A DNA stretch of 64,000 nucleotides from Diplonema japonicum (taxonomy: Eukaryota; Protista; Euglenozoa: Diplonemea), in contig OZ025743.1 in the NCBI GenBank assembly GCA_964019335.1, positions 124,001 through 188,000 on the forward strand. Direction: 5' to 3'. The position numbers were made by a program, and so were the translations under genes. How positions within the stretch are numbered: position 1 is the first letter of the stretch; each line of letters begins with the position of its first letter. Shown here piece after piece: positions 30,644 to 39,677 of this stretch. The notes beneath the pieces were generated by a model. That model was not told where the DNA came from, made no database searches, and saw nothing but the letters and a program-made list of their open reading frames with translations.

Positions 30644-31279
30644 CTAGGCGGAGATGTCCCGCGACTTCTTGACTTGGTCCTTTGCCATTGTGCTAAGGAA
30701 GAAGTCCTTGCGGATCTCGTACCTGTTTTGATCTTTGCCCCAGCGGTTATCGTAGGCAGCTTGGTATCCGTGACGATAGGCGGGCTGGGGGCCAGACCGG
30801 TGGTTCGGCCGGTGGGCCGGTTGAGGAGTAGTAGGCGTTTTCCGTAAGGTCTTGACGGGACGCGTCGGTGCTACACCTTCGGTGAAACAGGCACGGACTC
30901 CATGGTGGTGTAGGAGTGCCTGCGTGAAGAGTGCATAGGGAATATGTGTGTCCCTGGTGGCGATCTCCAGGTGGACTTTTAGCACGTTGCCGTTTTGTAC
31001 GACATCACGTACGAAGAGGGCCTTTCGGACACCCGCACCATAGGCGTCACAGATGGTGCGGATGACTTCCTCTCTGGAGGGCGACCTGTTGATTGCACGG
31101 TAGTTGAAGGGGTGGGAGTTATATATGCGCGACTGACTATACTTCTTATAAGTGTTTGTTTTATTCGTTGTTGACGGAAAGGTATTGATCTTTAGGGGTG
31201 CATTTCCTGCGGCACGCCGCACCTGTGATGCGCGCGTGTCATAACGAGTTGGAAAGCGGCCGTAGGCGGGTCTCTTCAT
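30644..31279 (-). CDS. Basic N-terminal segment of the PLE ORF (211 aa; probably joined to the GIY-YIG frame by a frameshift)
   Basis: ATG-initiated ORF inside the element. The GIY-YIG frame is open upstream across its stop codon. Confidence 0.55.
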   Translation of the reverse strand: MKRPAYGRFPTRYDTRASQVRRAAGNAPLKINTFPSTTNKTNTYKKYSQSRIYNSHPFNYRAINRSPSREEVIRTICDAYGAGVRKALFVRDVVQNGNVLKVHLEIATRDTHIPYALFTQALLHHHGVRACFTEGVAPTRPVKTLRKTPTTPQPAHRPNHRSGPQPAYRHGYQAAYDNRWGKDQNRYEIRKDFFLSTMAKDQVKKSRDISA

Positions 31280-32232
31280 CGCTATGAAAATGCTTGATGC
31301 TTTAGAAAAACGGAGGGTTTCTACAAAGGTGGATTGGTTACCTGACTCCTAGCAGCAGTTTTATTTAGGACAGCTTTTAGAATGACAGTCACAAGTTGGT
31401 CAAAGCACTAGACGGGTTAGAGGACCGGGGACAAGGAGGTCTAGACATGTCATAATGAGCTGATGGTGGGTATGAACTGCACCCGTTGCCGTAACGGGGT
31501 CCGACCGGAGTATTTCAACATGAGCCGAGTTGCCTACTGAGGGCTTTTTTTCCACCACTTTCCTGAGCGTGCAGGATGGTCCTGTGAGAGGGACGTAGCC
31601 TGTGCGGGCAGCAAAGCTAACGAAGGGTTCTCCTTGTCTAGGTAAGAACGGGGGGGAAAAGGAATAGTTGGGTGCATAGAATGGATATAGGGCACTATAT
31701 GTATGTGCAAATATACGTTCAGTCATATAGCGCGGCTCACCTCATCAAAAAAACGTGCATGCCTTGCCTGTATGTTCACCCGTGCAGTCAGGACTATCAC
31801 TGCACGGTCGAGAGCTCCCCAGGGCCAGTTTACGAAACCTATCATCGCCCAACTAACGCCGTGTCTCGCATGGACCCCCTCTTTGACGTACAAGGGGCTG
31901 AGCGGATTTCTCAGGATGTTGGATGTAGAGGTGGGGAGTCTCTAGTTGTGCGGTCAAAAGGCATTTTATCAAAAACGGGCTTTTTTCGGAAGAAAGCCCT
32001 CGAAAACTTCGGCTTTCAACGACGAACGGGAGGAGATCAGTTTCGTATTTGGGTCTACATAAATGCGACCCTGCAGAGTGACCTACGGTGAAGTAAGTCC
32101 CCATTGTTGGTCGCTGGGGTTGGTACAGCAAAGCTGTGAGAAGTCTTAAAAACTAATCTTAAGAGTTAAAAACCTGCAGAGCCTCTGGTTGCGTCTAAAC
32201 GGCGCCCACAAGGTAGTGCAGTTAGAGGCAAC

Positions 32233-32640
32233 TGAAATGGTTTTAAGTTAGGATGAAGAAGCGAAGAAATAGATAAAAAGGGGTGGGAAAGAATAAATAC
32301 TGCATACGAAAACAGAGAGTCGAGTAAAAAAAGGAAAAGGTGACTGACATCCTCAAGAGGAGCCTCCCACGTACCAGGAATTAAGCAGAGGTTGCTTCCA
32401 TGGCCCGTATCAGTCTATCGCCAGAAAGAATAATGAAAATAACATAACAAAGAGAAGGGGAGAAGAAACGGAAAAAGACGGCTTGGTCATCAGAGAATGT
32501 TGACCCAAATGCGTCGGCGGACGCAGTTTAACGTCATACCCGGGACGGAAACCATGTTGGGAAAGCAGAAGGGAAGTTAAAAGACAAGAAGTGGAAAAGG
32601 AAAAGGTGGAAACTAAAATCATAGGGTGCGAGGTCTGTGA
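32233..32640 (-). repeat. 5' pseudo-LTR of the PLE (partial tandem)
   Basis: Direct repeat of 24380-24787, abutting the TSD. Confidence 0.92.
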
Positions 32641-33073
32641 TCATCCAAAAAGGTAGGTGCCTTTCACTCACCGTTTTTTTATTTCTTCATTTTTTTTTTT
32701 TTTTTTAATTCCACCAGACCAGACCGACCCCACCCAGCTGGGCTGTGTGGAGCCAACGGAAGTGTGTTAAGACGTTCGTGCTTACGTGTCGGCCTGAGTT
32801 ATTGTTCTAGCACCTTTTATGACATGGGTATTCTCTTTCCACAGTTAGCTAATGGGTTTTTTTTTTTTTTTTTTTTGTTCCCCTCCTTTGGTTGCCAGTC
32901 CTCAGGATTTTTCTTTTTTTTTTTTTTTATATTGGCAGGCCGACCTAGTGCGACGTCCTTGGATGACACAGAGATAAATTCTGATCATCTAGCAGCCAGC
33001 CAGCCAACATCGCGGGTCCTCCGGCGTCTCACACGCGAACGCCACAGGATGACTACCGTAAGGACCACTCGAG

Positions 33074-33725
33074 GTGTCATATCAAGATGTTTTTCAGTCA
33101 TCCACCCTTATGAATAAGATTTCCTATTCAACATTCCGAAGGAGGAGAGGGAAGGAATTTATGCAGTGTGCCAAACCCACGGATATGTGCGAGTACTGTA
33201 CAAAAGCACAACGGATGCGTCTTTCGCTAACGATGCCATCGCGTGGGGTCAAATGGGACCTGCAGTTCAGTGTTTCGGACATGCAAGAGACCCTAAATTG
33301 TATTGATGCGATTCGATGGAAGTACCCAAAGAAAAAGGTACGTGAACTTGTTGCAAACTTGAAGCCTTGGGAGCAACATGTTGAAAGGTTGTACAATGAG
33401 CACAGGACTTCTCCCCACCGAATGCATTAGTTCTTGACATCGACTTCAAGTCCAAGGGGTCCCTACCAATGGGTCCTGTATCAAACAAGCTACGATTTTT
33501 ACCATTCGCAATCGTTCGGTGTTTTGGGAATCGGGGTGTACTGGATTGACGGGCATGGTGTCCGTAGGCGCTGCATGTTGATTGTGTGCTTTCAAGTCTG
33601 AATACTGACGTGAAATGCGTTATCGAGTGCCTGAAAACTGTCCTGGCTAGTGGGTTTGCGATCCCCCAAAAAAATGGAGTGGATTCTCTGGACTGACAGT
33701 GGGCGTCACTTTCGTGCAAAGGAAT
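33074..33725 (+). pseudogene. DNA-transposase remnant (Sola-like DDD, tentative)
   Basis: Across frameshifts: ISYSTFRR...KPTDMCEYC; ALVLDIDFKSKGSLP; WILWTDSGRHFR. Confidence 0.45.
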
Positions 33726-33760
33726 TTTGCTATTTTCTTCTTTTTCGTCTTCGTGACGTC

Positions 33761-36700
33761 TATAAGTGACTGACATCCTCAAGAGGAGCCTCCCACGTAC
33801 CAGGAATTAATCAGAGGTTGCTTCCATGGCCCGTATCAGTCATCGGAGGTAAATTTCTCCAAATGTGTATAACTTACACAAGCTGGTGAAAGGGACATGC
33901 AAGAGACAACATGTGGGTTATCATCTTCGTTGTGTCCTTCCAACACAGGGCAGGGTCGCCGCCTAAGAGGAAAGGGGGTCTTGTGAGGAATCCTCGACCA
34001 CAGACGAGAGGGCACCGCTGGAGGATTGCGAAAGGGAGCTGCAGAGCTCTGTAACGCCGAGGCTAGAACATGGCGGCCCGTCTGTAGAAACAAGAGGAGG
34101 TGGCTGAAACGATTGTAGAATAAAAGTGGGAGAACAAACAGAAGAGAAAATACCACACTAGCTCTTCACTGCCTTTCATCGCGGTTCTTCGTACTTCCTT
34201 TTCACGCCCCTCCTTTCGGGAGAAGTCTCCTTGCGCCTTGACAGAAGAAGTCCCCGAATGGACTCAACGTTGCCCCCCTCAGCCGCGTAGAACAGTGGGG
34301 TGAGTCCCTCCCCGTCCCTCACACATGGGTCTTGCTCGTAGGACTCCAGCAGCAGCTGCATCGCCTCAGTACATTTTGCAGCAGCAATGTGCAAAGGAGT
34401 AAGCCCCCGATTGTCCTTCACACAAGGGTCTTGCTTGTACTCATCGACGAGGACCTTCACCATCTCCAAGCCTCCCCTTGCTGCATAGTGCAAGGGTGTC
34501 TCGCCATTGTTGTTCCTCATGCTAGAGTCCACTCTGCATTCATCTAGGAGGTACCTCATCACTTCTATGCACCCCTCACTTGCTGCATCGTGGATGGCGG
34601 TGTTTCCAATGTCTGACACGGTGCAAGGGTCAACTTTGCACTCTTCGACAATGAACTTCACCACATCAACTTTGTTCTTCATTGCCGCCCTGTGCAGGGG
34701 TGTGGTGCCTCTCCCATCCTTCATCGCAGGGTCAACCTTGCAGACTTCAGTGAGATACCCTACCACCTGCAGCTGTCCCTTCTCTGCTGCAACGTCCATG
34801 GGTGTGAAGCCAGCTGTGGTCCTTGAGCCAGGGTTTTGCTTGTGAACTTCAACAAGGTGCTTCACTGCCTCCAGCTGACCATCTCTCGCTGCAAACATAA
34901 TCGGCGTGAATACCTTGTCCTCGACTGTCAGCTCCTGCTTGTAAACATTGATGAGACAGTCCATTGCCGCAAGCTTGCCTGCTTGTGCAGCGAAGTGTAG
35001 AGGTGTGGTGCCGTCCTTGTCCCTTGCCCCAGGGTCCACCTTGTACTCGTCGATGAGGAGCCTCATGGCCTCCACGTGACCATTAATTGCTGCCACATGA
35101 AGGAAGGAGGTTCCGTTTCCATCCACAAGGCTGGGGTCAAGCTTGCACTCTTCGATGAAATACCTCATCACATCAACATGGTTCGTCGCTACCGCCAAGA
35201 ACAAGCCTCTTCTGTTCTTCATCCCACCAAGGTCAACCTTGCAGACTTCAGTAAGATACTTGACCACATGCAAGTGATTGCAACACACAGCAAGGTCTAG
35301 AGGTGCCATGCCACTATTGTTTAGCAAACTGGGATCCAACTTAAACTTACTCACGAGCCACTCCAGTGATTGAAGCCTTCCCGCTTCCGCTGCGTGGTGG
35401 ACGAGAGTTGCACCGCAGGGTTCCACAAACGCAGGGTCTTGCTTGCACTCCTCAATGAGATACTTCATAGCCTCGAACTGGCCTCTTGTGAGAAGGACCG
35501 CAACAAGGCCATCAGCAGTCGGGGTCGCAGGGTCTATCTTGCACACCTCAATGAGGTACCTCAAGGCCTCCACGTGACCTCTCACTGCCGCCCTGTGAAT
35601 GTGAGCATAGCCCTCATCATCCTCACCGCTCGGGTCTTGCTTGCAAACTTCGACAAAATACCTCATCACATCAACTTGGTTCTTCATTGCCGCCCTGCGC
35701 AGGGGTGTGGTGCCTGTCCCATCCTTCATCCCAGGGTCAACCTTGCAGACTTCAGTGAGATACTTGACCACCTGCAGCTGTCCCTTCTCTGCTGCAACGT
35801 CCATTGGTGTGAAGCCGCCTGTGGTCCTTGAGCCAGGGTTTTGCTTGTGAACTTCAACAAGGTGCCTCACTGCCTCCAGCTGACCATCTTGTGCAGCACA
35901 CATAATCGGCGTGAATTCCCTGTCCTCGACCGTCAGCTCCTGCTTGTAAACATTGATGAGACAGTCCATTGCCGCAAGCTTGCCATTCTCCGCAGCGAGG
36001 TGGAGAGGTGTGGTGCCGTCCTTGTCCCTTGCCCCAGGGTCTACTTTGTACTCGTCGATGAGGAGCCTCATGGCCTCCACGTGACCACCCAGTGCCGCCC
36101 TGTGAATGTGAGCATAGCCCTCATCATCCTCACCGCTCGGGTCTTGCTTGCAAACTTCGACAAAATACCTCATCACATCAACTTGGTTCTTCATTGCCGC
36201 CCTGCGCAGGGGTGTGGTGCCTCTCCCATCCTTCATCCCAGGGTCAACCTTGCAGACTTCAGTGAGATACTTGACCACCTGCAGCTGTCCCTTCTCTGCT
36301 GCAACGTCCATTGGTGTGAAGCCGCCTGTGGTCCTTGAGCCAGGGTTTTGCTTGTGAACTTCAACAAGGTGCCTCACTGCCTCCAGCTGACCATCTTGTG
36401 CAGCACACATAATCGGCGTGAATTCCCTGTCCTCGACCGTCAGCTCCTGCTTGTAAACATTGATGAGACAGTCCATTGCCGCAAGCTTGCCATTCTCCGC
36501 AGCGAAGTGGAGAGGTGTGGTGCCGTCCTTGTCCCTTGCCCCAGGGTCTACCTTGTACTCGTCGATGAGGAGCCTCATGGCAGCGAGCTGACCGTGCCAT
36601 GCTGCAGTGTGCAAAGCTGTCTCACCACTCGGACCAGACACACTTCTGTGAACCCCGTACTTCTGAATGACTGCCTTCATGTGTTGGAGGTTGCCTGTCG

Positions 36701-37055
36701 CAGCAGCGGATGTCACCTCGCCAAACACTTTACTGTCTTCATTCATGTTGCCAATAAAGCACAGAATTGTTAAAAGAAAAAAAAGGGGGGGGGGAGCCTT
36801 TTGGGTTGGGTTTGTATTGGACAAGCAAGTGGAAAAAAGCCCGGATATTTTTTTCTCCAGCCGGCATTTTTCGGCTTGGGGGAGGGGTTGGGGGGGGGGG
36901 GGGGGACCTTTCTTGGGATAAAGCTCGCCTCCGCATCTAATATACCAAAAGGTAGGACTGAGCCCCCCATCTGAACAACAGTGCCCACGTGCTGTCCCAT
37001 GGAACCTTACAGCTTCCAGGACATAACTGTTATAACTGTTATCCAAAAAGGTAGG
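33761..37055. repeat. Diverged duplicate of ~21012-24376 (motif B, ankyrin gene and upstream region)
   Basis: Colinear near-identity, including the empty PLE target atccaaaaaggtagg at 37041-37055. Confidence 0.85.
34176..36746 (-). CDS. Ankyrin-repeat protein (~856 aa), paralog 2
   Basis: Same repeats and identical C-terminus as paralog 1. The likely start is MNEDSKVF at 36746. Confidence 0.88.
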   Translation of the reverse strand: MNEDSKVFGEVTSAAATGNLQHMKAVIQKYGVHRSVSGPSGETALHTAAWHGQLAAMRLLIDEYKVDPGARDKDGTTPLHFAAENGKLAAMDCLINVYKQELTVEDREFTPIMCAAQDGQLEAVRHLVEVHKQNPGSRTTGGFTPMDVAAEKGQLQVVKYLTEVCKVDPGMKDGRGTTPLRRAAMKNQVDVMRYFVEVCKQDPSGEDDEGYAHIHRAALGGHVEAMRLLIDEYKVDPGARDKDGTTPLHLAAENGKLAAMDCLINVYKQELTVEDREFTPIMCAAQDGQLEAVRHLVEVHKQNPGSRTTGGFTPMDVAAEKGQLQVVKYLTEVCKVDPGMKDGTGTTPLRRAAMKNQVDVMRYFVEVCKQDPSGEDDEGYAHIHRAAVRGHVEALRYLIEVCKIDPATPTADGLVAVLLTRGQFEAMKYLIEECKQDPAFVEPCGATLVHHAAEAGRLQSLEWLVSKFKLDPSLLNNSGMAPLDLAVCCNHLHVVKYLTEVCKVDLGGMKNRRGLFLAVATNHVDVMRYFIEECKLDPSLVDGNGTSFLHVAAINGHVEAMRLLIDEYKVDPGARDKDGTTPLHFAAQAGKLAAMDCLINVYKQELTVEDKVFTPIMFAARDGQLEAVKHLVEVHKQNPGSRTTAGFTPMDVAAEKGQLQVVGYLTEVCKVDPAMKDGRGTTPLHRAAMKNKVDVVKFIVEECKVDPCTVSDIGNTAIHDAASEGCIEVMRYLLDECRVDSSMRNNNGETPLHYAARGGLEMVKVLVDEYKQDPCVKDNRGLTPLHIAAAKCTEAMQLLLESYEQDPCVRDGEGLTPLFYAAEGGNVESIRGLLLSRRKETSPERRGVKRKYEEPR

Positions 37056-37064
37056 GATCCGCTT

Positions 37065-37240
37065 TCACCAATTCTGTCCAGAAACCCTCGTATCTTCCAC
37101 AACACATCACCGTTTGACCCTTTTGTGTGAGTGAAGTGGAGGCTACTTTTAATTTCCTGGTAGCGTTTCCTGGGCATCGTGTTACTGAAAAGGGAGATTT
37201 TCATGGGTCCTGCACGCCGTAAACCCATCGCAACGCTCAA
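37065..37240 (-). pseudogene. piggyBac transposase fragment (truncated copy)
   Basis: MPRKRYQEIKSSLHF...LWKIRGFLDRI. Confidence 0.7.
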
Positions 37241-37997
37241 TCCGAGTAAGCGGCGGAGTCCTGGGTCGAAATTTTATCAATCTCAGCGTCCTTTTGCTTG
37301 TTTGTCACTTCTTGGATGACGTCTGTGAGCTTCTGATCAAAAAACCGAAAGGGATAACCATTTTGCGTCGTCACAGCTTTTTTTTTTTCTCCCCCACCGG
37401 CCTATTTTATGTGTCTCTATGTACCAACTCCCTTACCCATGAAGGTTAGGACCTCGTCCGTAGCTGTTTTGACTATACCTTTGCGCTATCTACTCGGATT
37501 TGGGACCCACTTGGTGGGTAGATAGCAAGGTAAAGTGATGCAGCGCAGCATGAAATGGCAGTTGAAAATACCGGTTTCGCTGGTGTTCTGGTTGTGGTTG
37601 CTGTTGGGGAAACACAGAAGGCGGACGATGACTGGGGTGAACGGTTTTTTTTTTTTTGGATTGGGATGAGGGCTACGACCTGTATAACAGCCCTTGCTCA
37701 AACTCTTGAAATGGGCATCTACGGACACGAGCACGGTTGCAGCTGATTCTCGTTCGTGTGGGATGAAGCAAAAAATAAAAAATAAAAAAATCAATCAAAA
37801 AAAAAAAAGGAGAAAGAAAAAAAAAAAAGAAAGAAAGAGGGAAGAGGATGGAAAATAGGGAAACAATTAAAATCTTTTTTTCATGTTCACGATGGACCAG
37901 GGGTTTAAAAGCACCACATTTGCCAGGGTAGACAAAAAATATATATATATAAAAAAAAGACTTCTTTTTTCCCCATTGAATAAAGAAGAAGAACAAT

Positions 37998-38572
37998 AAT
38001 AACTATTTATTGCCAACAAATAATGAGTCATTATTTAACTCGAGTTCCCGAATTTTTTGCACGAGGGCCCGCAGGGCCCGAGTGCAAAAAAACGGGTAAC
38101 GAGTGTTAAATAATGGCTCATTTGGCGGCAAGTAAGTCGTTTTATTTCACTTTTCGTCATTTGAGTCACTCACTCTTCGCTGCTTTCACTGCTGTTTTTT
38201 TTCACGCAGGTCAGCTTTTTGGGGATTTTCCTAAGGTAATACAGGGTAGCTATTTCGCCGTGGCATTTAAAGGGGAAGTAAGGCACTTATTCCCACTTTT
38301 AAGGGCTGGAATGGCCTCAGATGGCCAAAAATAGTCAAAATACCCCCACCCCAAAAAAAATTTTCAAGGGGTTGGGTGCATTTTTTTCCACGACAAGACC
38401 CATTTTTTCACTCTGAAGGGCCATTATTTAACTGCAAAATCTCATTATTTAACTAGTTAAATAATGGCGATTTCGCGTTAAATAATGGCCGTTTCGCGTT
38501 AAATAATGGCCATTTCGCGTTAAATAATGAGGCCCCTAGTGAGTGAAGAAAATGACGAAGAGTGAAATAAAA
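37998..38572. repeat. Inverted copy of the 16453-17010 repeat
   Basis: Reverse-complement similarity, with one extra 21-bp unit. Confidence 0.85.
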
Positions 38573-39468
38573 CAAATGAAAGATAGGGATGAAAATGGAG
38601 AAAACAAACCATTCACTCTGTTTTGTAGAGCCACTAGATATCTTTCGTGCAAAAACTTTCATTTCTTTCAAATTTCTTTTTTTTAAAAAAAAAAAAAGAC
38701 CTTCGCGGAAAAGGAAGTTGGAACGCACGATTAAAAATTCTTTGCAGCAAAGACAATTATCAAAGTATAAATGTTTATAAACTCCAAAAAACAAAACAAA
38801 AAAAAAAAACAAGAAAAAAAAAAGGGACCGCGTGTGTTCTTTGGTCCTGAGAGGGAAGGCAAATGGAGAGAGTAAAATATTTTTAACACACAGAAAAGGC
38901 GGATTCTCATAAATATCTTTGGGGGATGGGTGGGGGGGATTTTCTTCCCCTTCTTCTTCGCTTTTACGCTCCTCATTTCATTCCCAGAGTCAAAAACACC
39001 TAGTTCAGCAATAAATAAAAGTGAAAGAAAATGAAACGAGGAGGGAGGGGGGGGGGGGGGGGGGCGGGAAGAAGAAGAAGAAAGAGAGAAAGGTTCCTGT
39101 AATTCTCTTAGTGCCACCTAGCGATCCAAAAGATCAGTATTCTCTTTTTTATCGAAAAACCATTGTTTTGATTTGTCCATAAATCAACCCCCGGAAAAAA
39201 ACACGGGAGCCGAATTGTTCTTCTTTTTTTTTTCTCTTTTTTTTTTTCTCCATTCATTCTGGATAAGGTTAAGAGGATTTACAGTATTCTTTTTTCTTTT
39301 TTCCTATTTCTTGTTTATGTGTCACTAATATTCCTGATCCCTACTTAACCCCTTCAGATGCTGCCTTCGCACACGATGCATTTGATAGGGGGGAGTGGGC
39401 AGAGACCTTCTTCGCTTTCTTACATATCCTGCAACAGAATAGAGAATCCCTTTCTGTTCAGACACCCT

Positions 39469-39504
<36 letters not shown>

Positions 39505-39677
39505 ACCAATCTATGGAGAGCAATTAAAAAAAAAAAAAATGTCTTTGAAGGGAACCTGCAGTATGTGACAGGATCGCCTAAAAAAGAAAGAGAGAGAGAG
39601 AGGTAAAAATAATACAAACCAATCACTTTGTCTTCTTTTTTGTTTATTTTCTCTTTTTTCTCTTCTTTTTGTAGCCC

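Larger units (their letters stand above)
24380..32641 (-). mobile_element. Penelope-like retroelement with N-terminal GIY-YIG endonuclease (Naiad/Chlamys-type domain order), near full length
   Basis: A 19-bp TSD catccaaaaaggtaggtgc at 24361-24379 and 32642-32660, and 408-bp direct repeats at both ends. Motifs: IIYL...VYAGQT...LRRRMQGH; CPC...H..GH; RGMKFR; PIDKS..IGVCCKDHY; PYLYGTLKLHK; YDFRDMYTNL; GIPMGGNASPDLANL; RYIDD. Confidence 0.93.

Noticed and set aside
24380-32641. LTR retrotransposon
   Set aside because: No gag, integrase, PBS or TG..CA ends. The RT type, GIY-YIG domain and long TSD indicate a PLE.
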